Source: the human T2T-CHM13v2.0 reference genome, Homo sapiens | NCBI RefSeq assembly: GCF_009914755.1 | Contig: NC_060927.1 | DNA length: 64,000 nt | Reading direction: 5' to 3' (one strand) | Part shown: positions 25,001-38,074 of the stretch, piece after piece | Layout: each line of letters opens with the position of its first letter | How positions within the stretch are numbered: position 1 is the first letter of the stretch | The notes under the pieces: generated by a model | Databases searched by the model: none | What the model saw: the letters and a program-made list of their open reading frames with translations, nothing else | What the model was told of the DNA's origin: nothing | Position numbers and translations under genes: made by a program

Positions 25001-28000
25001 TTTCATAATTAAATCTCCCACATTTTAAAATTTTTTCTCTTCCTTTGTTAACATATAGTTGAATTTGCATAAGTTAAATGTGTTTGTTATGATCCCATTT
25101 TAGTTTTCAATCTTAGCTTTATTTATCCATATATAGGGTTTAATATACTGCTTTGTTTTTAAAGATCTTAATATAACAAGAAGGAAAGTTTATTAAAACA
25201 GACTCCTTTGAATTTTTTTTTAGTTCGTAATTTAGAGCAATAAGTAATTTTTTCCTTAACCATAAATTACTAATAATCTGTCAGTTTTCATTCTATGTCC
25301 TTAATTTGTGGATTTTGCTTAAATCTCCAACACTGTAAAATGTTTGTAGTTGAAGAATGCTTTAATCCTAGAATTGTAGTAAGAGGAAAGAATGCCTGCT
25401 AAGAAGTAGCATATCATCTAGGTTTTGCTTATGAGAACAAATAGGTTTATTTACTGTTTATTCAGCCCGTATTAAATGAGTATTTAGCACTTAAATCTAA
25501 GTGAGAAAATTAGAAATATGCACATGGAATAAATACTACATAGTAAAACTTTCCCCCAATATTTTTCTCCTCTCAGTTCTCTTTTACCATGGTTTGTTCA
25601 GACATTTCAGTCAGAAAGTAATTCTTAGCAGTAAAGATGGGACTAAAGAGGGAATGAAGAGGTCTACTATTTGTCTGTCATCTCCTAGCATTACATTATC
25701 TGTCTCAAGCCATAGTCCTGTCCCTTTTCCACATTCATACTTTGAAGATGTGTCTAATCTCCCCTAGTAGGAGAAAGAATGCAGAGCCCTGGCTGGGTGA
25801 CCTAGACCCGTGCCCATGGGTACCAAGCATGTCCCTGAGCCACAGGAGCAGCCTTCTTCAGAATTATCAGGGAGAGACTACAGAGCCAGGAGAGCAGATC
25901 CCCACAGGAAGAGGAAGCCTTGACTTCCTGATGTGGTTCTCAGGGGTCCATGCCACCAGTTTTACACTTGCTCTTGGTTGGGTGCCCTTCTTTCCACCTT
26001 AGAATCTCTTGACCTGGTACTTCAGGTTCTTTACATAGTTTTTTTTCTTCCTCCTCAAGATAGTCTACAATTCTGCCATCACATCTTATTTTTAGTAAAC
26101 CTCCAACCCTGTCAAAGTGTCTTTCAGTTTTGGTCCTCAGACGTCTTTCCTTTTAACTTATTGAGAGCCCATTTCCCTTTCTAACAGCAAATGTCTAACT
26201 ATATACCCCATGTTTTCCTTCCTGTTTATCTTGAACTCAACCAGGTTCCCATCACCAACCGTCTCACCCTCCACATTGGTCAGAGTTAGAGTAAAAGTTA
26301 TTAGTTACTCCCATCATTTCTTCCAATAATGAAATTGTCAGAAGCATTGCTTTAGGCTTAAATGAGACTTCCAGCTGATGTTCTGTGTAGTTAAAATCTC
26401 CTAGCACTACTGAAGGTTACTGTAGTGCCAGTTTTGTGATATGCATAAGAAATTTATCATCCTGTGCTACATCCCTGTTATATTATTTGTGTATCTCATT
26501 CTTTTTATCTTTGTCCAGATGTTCTTCAGCTTGCCTCTACTCATAGATTTCCATGCAGATATATTTCTTCTTGACTTAAAAGAGGAAGTAGACTAGTACT
26601 CTGGAAGATTATTTATTTTTTAAAAAGATGTACCTTTCCATCTCCTTCACTTATCTCCATTTGTCTTTAAACTATCAATCTCTATTAACAATGAAGGCCT
26701 TTGTCACTATTGTTTTCTTTTTTATGTCATATCCACTTAATACTAAGTTTTAGAGTTTTATCTGGGTATTTTCTCTCCCTGTTTCAGTTCTAAATGTGAA
26801 AACAAAAATCAGATTAGGAAGTCACCCAGCAAACATCTACTTTCTAACCTTTATGGGATGTACTTCATTCCTAGCCTATTTTCTTTAACTATGTCTCAGA
26901 AAACCCAAACCCATTTTTTAAAGTTCATTTACATATTAATTCAGTTGGCTTTACTTTGGTAGCCCCCACATATATTACAGATACCTATTCCTCCTTTCTT
27001 TTCTAAAATTCATACAATTAAAAATAGTGACAAAAATATTGCCTGTGATTCTAGAGACTTTGGTTCTCTGCCTAGAATTACATAGAAGACAGCCATCATA
27101 AGGCGTGATAAATTTCTACATTCAGCTGTGACAAGCCAGACATACCCTCTTAGAAAGGAGCATGCCTTCTAACTGCCCTGTCAAGCCTCAAGTAAAGATG
27201 TCTCTCTGGGAAAGAACGTTAAGAGTTGGCCTAGACAACTGGAAAAAACTCCTACCATAGAATTAACTGTGAGGTGTTAAATGCAAAATAAGTCGTCTAT
27301 ACTTAAAAATTGTACTCTGTATAAAACACACATAAGTTCCTAATTTGTTTCCAAACAGAACAACTTTTTTCTTAATTTCCATGTTTTCCTGTTTTTTTGT
27401 GTGTGTGTGTTTAATTTTGAATTCCAGATATACTTTCTGGATTTTCTGGGACATTTAATTTCACATATTTTACCCCTCTGACCAACCCCATGAAGTACTT
27501 CTGTCCTTCTCAGACTGTGTATCTTCAATCATGATTGGAGATAAAGACTTATCATAATCATGATGCAAGACAAAGAATAGCCACAAACTCATCTACCCAG
27601 TGACCATACAATGCCCCATCACACACATAATCAGTTAATGTGTTGGACTCTAGAAGGCATTGAGAGACCATATATACTAATGTCCCTAGTTCTTAAGACT
27701 CTTAGAGTGATACTCTGGAAGAAATTACTGAAATTGCCACATCTAGTAGATTAAAATAGATGTTAAGTGCCCAGCAGACATCTACAGGTAGGTTTTTATA
27801 CAGTGCTCTTGACCCAGTTGTAAGCCAGTTGGAACTACAACAGTTCTTAAAATTCTACATATTCTAAATCATCCTGAGAGAAATTTGTGAATTGAGATGT
27901 TTTTAGATTCTCTGCCCTAAAACTGTGATTTCTTTAATGTTCGTATGAAAGTGATATTTCTTGTCCACAGAATAAGGCATTCTTGTATTTTTGCTTACTT

Positions 28001-28350
28001 TTATGGTAAAATTAAAAATGATTTGCTTAAAAACTTTCTATCCATTCTTGATTTTCTTTCCCAGAATTAGAAAATGAAGGCTACTCCTGGAAAATCTATA
28101 CTTTTTCTCTATATTTTCCCCAAAACTCTTCAGGTATATGTGGCTAATTATTTTAAAGCACATTATATTTTGTTCATTATTCCTTAAAAAAAAAGCAAAC
28201 CTGTGTCATTTTCTTGTATTAATGTTTTTTGTCCTCCAATTGGAAGAACCATATCTCATTATTTTTGGTCAGAAAATAAATAAGTGTATTTCTTGGGTAA
28301 ATTGCTTTCATGTTACCTCTAATCCTGGATACTCTCTCTCTCTTTTGCAG

Positions 28351-28621
28351 GTATCATGATAGAGGAAACCAGTTTTGGGAAAAGTTATGCACAGCTGAAT
28401 TTCGAGAACTCTATGCTCTGGGCAGTATTCATAATGACCTTTATGTTATAGGAGGACAGATGAAAATTAAAAACCAGTATCTTATTACAAACTGTGTTGA
28501 TAAGTACTCTGTAGAACGGGACAATTGGAAAAGGGTGTCTCCCCTTCCACTGCAATTGGCATGTCATGCTGTAGTGACAGTGAATAATAAACTTTATGTA
28601 ATTGGAGGCTGGACCCCTCAG
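28351..28621 (+). CDS. KBTBD12: KBTBD12 coding exon (271 bp), Kelch repeats
   Basis: Acceptor ctctctcttttgcAG. Encodes YHDRGNQFWEK...LYVIGG...DNWKRVSPLP...LYVIGGWTPQ. Donor CAG|GTTAAG. Phases 2 to 0 match neighbours. Confidence 0.96.
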
Positions 28622-30720
28622 GTTAAGAAATTTCCTGTATACATAATTGGCATGGCTATACTGAGTCTGGCTGCTATGTTAAACATTGTTGTAGTTGTTG
28701 AATGCTAAAAGAGTGTGACTTACATTTTGGTAAAATGCTTTCTGTTTTATAGAATATAACTCAAGGTTTTAAAGTGTTAAAGCAATTTAGGAGAATGGAT
28801 TTTTAAAGTGTGTTTTCATAGACATGACTTGATTCAGTTTTCATGCTGTGCTCTTTATAATCCTCCCATTTTTGCTAATTATGAAAGATATTTGTGCTGA
28901 GGGATTATCTGTAGGGAGCATCTAACTAGGAGGAAGAGAAGCTGGATCCTCATCCAGTTCTGTGTGTCTAATAGCTCTGTGACCTGAGGCAAGTAACTCA
29001 TAGGCCTTTTCCATATTTAAAATTCTTACTCTAAGTGAGACACCAGAATACCGATCTGTGATGGCACAATCGTTTCTATGCAAGCATATTGTGATTGTAA
29101 CACTTGATGTTTTTATTGGGCATCAGCAGGCAGAGAACCCAGAATGCTGTTTCTATTGAAGCCCAGTGAAGTGATGGCAAACCAAAGTGAAAAGTCAGGG
29201 GTGTGTGGCCATGGTGGCCTTCTCCCTCCCCTCCGGATGTCCTCTCCTGGTGCCTTGGAGCACTCTTCTTAGGATCACTTCAGCTGCCTCATGCCCTGGC
29301 CAGCCAGACTTTCTAATAAAAATTAATCTCACTAGCTCATTGGTCATCCTCATGGCATAAAGTAAATTTATTTTTGCCTGTATTATTTTTTGTTTCTCCA
29401 AGTTTTCTTCATGATAAAACTGATGCTATTTGCATTCATTCCAGAAGCTTGGATTTTGCCATTTATATATAGTATATCATACCTGTTTTAAAAACTTAAA
29501 CCTCACATGTAACACATTTAATTTTTTCTGCTATATGTCAAAAAGTAGTACAGATTTCATCACAGCTAGCAGGAGAAACCTGACAGATTATTTGTAATTA
29601 AACTTTTTTAAAACTATCCATTTACATAGTTAATTTTGCATGCATAAGCCCCAAAAACAACTTAGAGGCTTTTCTTTGCATTTTTTTCACTAAAATAGAG
29701 ATTAAATACTTAAATTAGAAGGAAAATTAAAACCATAAAGTCAACGTTTGTTAATTTATAAAGTTTCTGAACAGATAACATGAACGTTTACCTCATAGAG
29801 GAAAGGCTTTGCTACCCGATTGAGTACCTTGTATAACAATTGCAAGATCACACAGGGTTGTGCGTGTGCCATGGTGAGCATAACTCTTGGTATATTTAAA
29901 GTGGTTAACTAAAATTAATTGCATAAACTTTCATAAGTATGCCAGTTATTTCTTTGTTGAACACTTGTATCCCAAAAAAATGGCACTCATGAATCCTTAG
30001 CTTGAAGTCATATTAAGTTCCACATACATGTATACAAAAAATATTATTTCACCTAACATTTATGAATAGGAAAAGCCACATCTGTGTAAGAAAAAGTTGT
30101 TTAATTTGTACCTTCTCTAGTCATTAAAAATATATAAAATAAGTATGTTAAAATAACTGCAAATAATTTATATTAGTCAATAAATCTTGAAAATTGAATT
30201 TACACCATTCCTATATAGGCCATAATTATGGTGTAAAAATAATTATGAAGACACTACAATGTTTTGGCAACTTTGTTTCATGTGGATTAGAAAAATATAA
30301 AGAAAATGCCTTCTAAATTATTAAAATTAGTTTCTCACAAATATTAAAATCAACTACTATAAAGTTTGGTAAAATAGAATTACACTTTAAATACTATTCA
30401 AGAGAGCTTGGTTTTGTTTTTAAGGCTTTGCAGTTGCTTCTTTAAAAAAAAAAAAGCTGTAATGAATGTCTCACTGCTAAGATCACAAATTGTTTGCTAT
30501 AACCATGCACCTTTGGCCCATTATTTCAGAATATAAATTCCTCTGATATTGACAGTATACTTATAACCCCCGTCATGGGGTTTGGTGTGTTTGTGAGTAT
30601 GAGTCACTGCAGTTAACCTCTATTTATCTCCTTGGCTGTCTGCTTTGATTAATTGCATTCATGTACTCACAAAGATTGCTAAATGATATGTTATTATATT
30701 GGCTGTCATATTTCATACAG

Positions 30721-30871
30721 ATGGATCTTCCTGATGAAGAACCTGATCGATTAAGCAACAAACTGTTGCAGTATGACCCCAGCCAAGATCAATGGAGTGT
30801 GCGGGCACCCATGAAGTACTCTAAGTACCGATTCAGTACAGCTGTAGTCAACAGTGAGATTTATGTTTTGG
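30721..30871 (+). CDS. KBTBD12: KBTBD12 coding exon (151 bp), Kelch repeat
   Basis: Acceptor tttcatacAG. Encodes MDLPDEEPDRLSNKLLQYDPSQDQWSVRAPM...EIYVLG. Donor G|GTAAGA. Phases 0 to 1. Confidence 0.96.
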
Positions 30872-33189
30872 GTAAGAAGAAGCAGATTGCTAACAGTATA
30901 ACTACTTTTATTTTCCTCAGCAGTTTGCCTCAGCAAAAATGAAACGTTCTCCTTTGCACTTGTATTCCAGTTCAAATTTATATACAACTAGCTGAACTTT
31001 GTCTTTTATTTCTTGTTTTCTAGAGTACAGTCAAATAAGATTAAAGGAAGTCCATTGACATATTGAGAGCAAAATTATTTTTATGGCATTTACAAGTGCC
31101 TTGGAATGTAAAAACAATAATGATACATCCTTATATATACTACCAAGTAATATACTTTGAAATAGGAATAGGCCTTTGGTCACTTTTAGTCAATGAAATG
31201 TGGGCTTTGCACCAACTGTGATGGATCTGTGCCATTAGAAGAGAAAGCCACTATAGGTAAGACTGTGCCACAGATTGTGCCAATCCTCATTTTGCCTAAC
31301 CCACCAAATTTCTAGAGAGGTGTTATCAAACAATTTTCATTTGAATGCACTTTTTTCTTATGTGTGTCTTGTACTTCTTATATGTATGGTCTTGTACTAA
31401 CCATAACTAACAAGAATTGGTAAAAGACTTCAGTTCCACTAAGATGGGTAAAAACAATTCCACAACATCCCCTATGTATCCCCTATCCTTCTCCATTCCT
31501 TGATTTTTCCTGTTTTGTTAAGTCCTTAGCTCTTTTAAGTACATTCCATCTGCCTAACATTATTCTCTATCACCTTCCCTCACCTCCCTAAGTATGGGAA
31601 AGAAACAATGAGGCAGGGAGGTTGACTGGACTGATGAAATGATACCTATGCCAATTCTTTATTTCATCCAATCTGCATTGATGGCTAACAGGAAAAACAT
31701 GGGGAAGATGATGGATAGCAAAGAAATGGCAAGGAAGAAATATGAAATAGGGAATGGAAGCAAACTAAGCATTTAAATAGAAAGTATTATCATGATGATT
31801 TTTTTTTTACTAAAGGGAGGCCATTATCTCTTAGCTGTTTGCACAGCATGAAGCAAAATAATTAATGCACTCAAGCATTAGTAGTTATTTTATGATTTTA
31901 ATAACAAGAATATTACACAACATAATTTATGACTACCTCAGTTATGAGATTCACTTATAATTAAGTTTTTTCTCTTGATATATATTTCTTACTTTGTTAT
32001 AACCATATACTATGTCACAGGCCCAGAAGAGACAATCCCTAACCTATGATAGATCACCTAGGATAGATGTATCACTCAAGGGGATGAAGGGCCTGTCTAC
32101 TAAACATATTACAGTTGGGGGCAGCCAAAAGTGGGATAAAAGTGATATATCCATTGGACCAGAATGAGATTTCCCCCTAAAGTGGAGCCACAACGAGGCT
32201 AGATGTGGAATTTAAATGATAATATATTGTTTGATAAACTACATGGGAAAGGCACTCGTGGGAGCTTACACTTCATGGCATGGACACTGTCCATTGAATG
32301 AATGAAAGGAGGTAGATTTAAAAGAACTTGTAAGATTTGAGTGGATGAAATCTAGAAAAGAGCATGCTCCAGGAAAAGGTGCAATGGGAGGGGGCAAAAA
32401 AGAACAAAGAAGGAGAATGGAATAAGCAGTGGTTTGGAGGTGAGAATGAAAGTGGTGAGAGTAGAGGATAAAAGAAGGTAAATGAGTCCACCAGGGACAG
32501 GGAGTTCTGAGAGAAAGAGCTGAGTAGTAAACTGAGAAGCAGATTATAGAGGCCTTTGGATGAAGAATTAAGGAAATACTAGTGAACAGTAAGAAACCAC
32601 ACAGAAGCAACACCATTAAAGAATGTTTTAGAAAAACTTGTGAGATAAGCATATAAAGAACACAGCAAAGAGAAGAAGAAACTGGAAGTGGAGAGACTAA
32701 TTAGGAAGGTTTTTACAGTAGCTTACACTCTAGTTTTTGAATATTCAGAACTGGAGAACAGATTCATGATCACCCCAGTGAGCTTTACCACCCTGTAAGA
32801 TTCAGCCCAAAAGGGTCATCTTCCTCAGCATTTGCTACTTAATTCCCAAATATATTTATAAACTTTGAAATAGAATGTAGTTCAGTTGTTTAGGTATTTT
32901 TGTAGTAGTCTTAGTTCATATTTAATTGTTCACTGTATATATAATTGGAATTCGGGCAACTATCATATAGAACCCTAAAACCTTATTACTTTCAGTCATT
33001 CACATTATCTTAGCAAAAGCCCTGTCTGCTTTTAGGAATCTATATGTACCTCCACTGTGTTTTGGGTCACTGTCAATTAGTATAACAATAAGCCCTCTTT
33101 CTAATCCCTATAATGGATTTAATTTCTTACTATGTCCTAGATAGTCTACAGGGTATCTCCCAAAAAGCAGCCACTGAAACCTCCTTCAC

Positions 33190-33400
33190 CAGGAAGGCAG
33201 CATGGTAAAGTAGGGAAGACACTAGCTTTGGAGTTGAGTATATTTGGATTGAAATCCTGACATACTACCTATATATTCTTGGTCTGGTAAATCTTTTTAT
33301 GTTGCTATTGCTAATATTGAAATGGGATTGCCTACCTCTTTGAGATATTAAGATAATATAAGTATAATTCCTATAATGTAAGTGTTCAGATATTGTAAAT
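33190..33400 (+). mobile_element. MIR SINE
   Basis: aggcagcatggt..agt...gctttggagt...ggattgaaatcctgac. Confidence 0.6.
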
Positions 33401-35666
33401 TCTGTTTATTGAGCCCCTTTGTTACAGAGACTTTGCTAAATTCTTTGCTTAAAGTTTCACTTAATAGTCATAAAAGCAGATAAATTATTAACTGTCTTCT
33501 ATATAGTTGGCTAGATATCGAGACTCATCCTCTGACTGAGAAAAACCTAAAAACATTGTAAAGCATATCTTTAGAAACCTTTTAAGATCTGACATGCCGG
33601 TAAGAATTTAGCAGGCCAAAAGCCAAATGAAAGCAGATTTCCAACTATGAAGAACGGAAAAAGTCAACATTCTATACTTAAAAATAAAATAAAACAAAAC
33701 CAGGCAAATTTGTCAAAAACTACCATTTTAGATCTCTAGAAATCAATCATAAATAACAAATTGAGAATAGTTTCTTTATTTAAAAACAATACTGAGCTTG
33801 AAGTAAGACTTCAGGCAGTCTGTAGCATTCTCTCCTGAGGTGCTGTTCCTCACCCCAGCTCATTCAACATGGTAATACTGCTAGAGTGGGGCTGGCTACA
33901 AAAACTAGCAGCTTTTTTTTGCCAAAGGGGGCTGACATGTTTGTGAGTAGAGGGTGGAAAAACCACACTCACAGTGGAAAATAGGAAAAGCCTACAGTTC
34001 TCCTAGGCTGAGATCTTAGTCCTGGTTGGTACAACAGCCCACAAAAGAACTGGCCAGAAATTTAACAGGAAGATCCTGGAAATCAGAAAGTCACAGAGAG
34101 ACTTGAGAAACTCATTCCCTGGAGGCCAAGAAAGCTGCATAAACATGCAGCGCCATAGACAGCCCAAGCTCTCCACACATTCCTAGATGACTAGTAGGTT
34201 GAGCACATGTAGAGAGCAGATCCAAGAGGACCAGGCAGAAGGTAAATGTCATAGCAGACTTGGAAACTATTTGAACTTTTAAGGTACTCCCATGCAGATC
34301 CACCAGGAGACAGTGGAAGACTTACTGGTGTTTGACTACAACCACCAGTCATTGACAGAGACTAAGCTATGCAGAAATAAGGGTAACTCATAGGCTAAAA
34401 TATAAAAATGATAATTTCTGAAAACAGAGGGGAAACTGCAGCAAACAGTAGAAGAGGCATGTTCCGTTTAGGTAAATTAGTTAAAAACAACAACAAAAAG
34501 GCAGTCAAAAAACGGAAAAGAAAGAAACCCTCAAGGAAAACAATAAAATCAGGATAAAAAGTTGCCACAATATATTATCCATAATGCCCAGTACCAACAA
34601 AAAATCACAACACAAGCAAAGGAAAAGAAACAGAAAAGCATAACCCATTTGGGGGTGGGGGTGGTGCAGAAGTATTCAATAAAAGTTGTCTCTGAGTGAG
34701 CCTGGATGTTGGATTTAGGAGGCAAAGGCAAAGTCTTCAAAGTGACTATCAAATATATGTTCAAAGAATTAATGAACACCAATTTTAAAGAATTAAAGGA
34801 AAATATGACCATGAGTCCACTTTGATATTGATAAAGAATAGAAATTATCTAAAAGAACCAGTGGAAATGTTAAACTTGTGAAGTAAAATAAACCAAATAA
34901 AAATGCCCTGAAGGGGCTCAGGAGCACTTTTGATATGTTAGAAGAAAGAATCAATGAACTTGAAATCTATAGAGATTATATAATCTGAAGAAGAGAGAAA
35001 AAATTGGAGAAAAATTAGCAGGGCTCAGAGTCAGATGGAATATCAAACCTATGAACAGATGTTTAATGGGAATCCCAAAAGGAAATGAGAGAGAGAAGTA
35101 ATAGTCAAAAATTTCTGAAATTTGATGGGGAAACATTAATCTACAGAGCAAAGAAGTTTATCAGACCTCATGTAGGATAAATTCCCAGAGATCCTCACCT
35201 AAATACATAACAGAAGAACTACTAAAGACAGAAAATTCTTAAAAGCAGCAAGGTAAAACGCCGTATCATGTAGAAGGAAACAAGAGTATACTTAACAGAT
35301 GAGACTTACCAGAAACAATAGAGGCAACTAGGCAGTGGAATATTATATTCAAAGTGTTACAAGAAAAAAAACTGATCAATCAAGAATTCTGTATCCAGGA
35401 AAACTGTGCTTCAAAACTTAAGGTGAAATAGACATCCCAGATGACTAAAGATGGAGATAATATGTGGCTAGCAGACTTACAAGAAATACTAAAAGAACAC
35501 TAAAATCCTTCAGACAGAACGGAGGTGATGCTAGACAGTAACCTGTGTCCACAGGAAGAAATGAATAGCACAATAAATGGTAAATATATAAGGAAATATA
35601 AAGGGCTGCATAGGACGTGTTTTTCTTTTTTCTTCTCTTAATTTATTTAAAAGATATAAAAGAATA

Positions 35667-35830
35667 CAGATGCTCCTCAACTTACAGTGGCATTATGTTC
35701 CAATAAAAACCCATCATAGGTTGAAAATATAGAAAGTAAAAAATGTATTTTATACCCTGATAAGCCCATCATGAAGTTGAAATGTCCTAAGTTGAAATGC
35801 CCAAACCATCATTAAGTTGGGGACCATCTG
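35667..35830. mobile_element. MER47-like Tigger (TcMar) MITE
   Basis: TIRs cagatgctcctcaactta / taagttggggaccatctg (16/18 match) flanked by TA on both sides. Confidence 0.88.
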
Positions 35831-36066
35831 TAAAGCAGCAATTGTGATACTATATAGTTGGGTTTTTCACATATGCAGATGTAATATATATGACAATATC
35901 AGAGAGTAGAGGAGGAGAAAATGGGGTTATTTTGGAACAAAGTTGCTGTTTGTAATGAAATCAACTCAGTATTAACCTAAAATAGAGGATGATAAAGTAA
36001 AATACATGTTAGAATTTTAGAGCAACCACTGAGATTTTAAAAAATAGTTTAAAAGTCAACTAAAGA

Positions 36067-36190
36067 AGCCAGGCACAGTGGCATGCACCTGTAATCCCAG
36101 CTACTTGGAAGGCTGAGGTGGGAGGATCACTTGAGCCCAAGAGTTCAAGACCAGCCTGGGCAATATAGTGAGCCGCCTGCTCAAAGAAAG
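36067..36190 (+). mobile_element. FLAM / Alu monomer
   Basis: Single arm: gccaggcacagtggc...ggatcacttgagcccaagagttcaagaccagcctgggc. Confidence 0.8.
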
Positions 36191-36613
36191 TTACAAAAGA
36201 AAATGATGCACTTAAAAATGTGTTAAATACAAGAGAGGGCAGCAAAGGAGGAACAGAAAAAAAGTTACAAGACATAGAAAATAAGTAGCAAAATGGCAGA
36301 TGTATAGCCAGTCATTATCAAAAATTACATCAAAAGGGAATGGACCAAACACGCTAATCAAAAGGCAAAGATTTTCATACTGAATAAGAAATTAAAATCA
36401 AATATATGCTCTCTATAAGAGACACATTTTGTACTCAAATACACAAATATTTACTATCATTTTATAATAAAGACATAAAATGCAAAAAGTAATATTAAGA
36501 GAGGTGCAGTGACTATATCATCAGACAAAATAGAGTAGAACTTTTACTACAGACAAACAGGAAAATTTCATGATAATAAAATTGCCAATAATATCAGGAA
36601 AATATATCAATTA

Positions 36614-37012
<399 letters not shown>

Positions 37013-37759
37013 TTATACTACTATCAAGAATTGATAGGATTAGACTGAGTATCAGCAAGGTTTTAGAAGATTTGAACAGCACTATCAACCAACTTTACTT
37101 ACCTTTACTGGTTTGTGCTGACGGCTGCATAGTTTTGTAAATATACTAAAAATCACTAAATTGTACACACAATGGGTGTATAATGTGGTATCTAAGTTGT
37201 CTCAATAAGTAAATGTGCAGGACACCCAAACATTTATCAAGCCTGGAAAATTGTAAGCTTTAGTTTCCCAGGCTTGCAGCTTACCAAAATTACTCAAGGT
37301 GGGAAATCTAATTAGAGTTACTATGCACATAAAGCTGGTACTTCAAAGAGCTATAGCCTCTGTGTAACCATATACTAGAAGTAAACCTGCCTTACATCTC
37401 TCATCTCAGAGGACTTCAAAGAAACATCTTGGCATTGAGAAAGTTACTGATGAAAGGCTCATACATCCCTGAGAAGTAATAATCATAAATAAGCTCTTGA
37501 GTGGAATTGCAACCCAAATTCGCATACCCAAGTGGGAAAAAAGAAAAGAAAAAGCTTGAATCATGAATTTATTTTAAAATGCCTCAGACTGGTAGTGTGG
37601 TCAGGTACCTGGAAAAAGCAAATTCACATTCTCTCAAGAAATGCATCTTTATCCTAGACCTCAAAAATCCCCCACAAATAATTTTCCAAGGAAAATAAGC
37701 ATTCCACAGTTAATGAAACAAGACACCTTGAGCAAGAACTGGTGGAAATAATGGCCAGA

Positions 37760-37760
<1 letters not shown>

Positions 37761-37790
<30 letters not shown>
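37761..37790. repeat. (AAC)10 microsatellite
   Basis: Perfect trinucleotide run. Confidence 0.95.
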
Positions 37791-37792
<2 letters not shown>

Positions 37793-38020
37793 AACAGTGG
37801 AGACCTCACATACTGGAAGTGTCAGACAAATAGTGTGCTTACTCCGTTTAAAGAAATAAAAGAATAAAATTTACAATATCACCAGGAAATAGAAAATGAT
37901 AGAGAATGATCAAAAATGTTTGGGTAAGAAGTGACTTTATAACTGCAAGGGATGTAAAAATATATAACAATATTAAAACCTCATAGGTATATTTGAGAGC
38001 AGATCACACAAAGATAAAGA

Positions 38021-38074
38021 GAAAATTAGTGAGTAGAAGAAAGTTCTGAAAATTAGTGAATAGAAGAGAGTTCT
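38021..38074. repeat. 27-bp tandem duplication within L1M
   Basis: gaaaattagtgaRtagaagaRagttct x2. Confidence 0.88.

Noticed and set aside
25780-26760. Possible ancient CR1/L3 remnants (also about 470-660 and 9600-9760)
   Set aside because: Too diverged to support by eye; needs a profile-HMM search.
28310-28708. ORF-track extensions around exons 3 and 4 (also 30661..30942)
   Set aside because: The flanking residues are intronic read-through beyond clear splice sites. Only the exon cores are Kelch-like.
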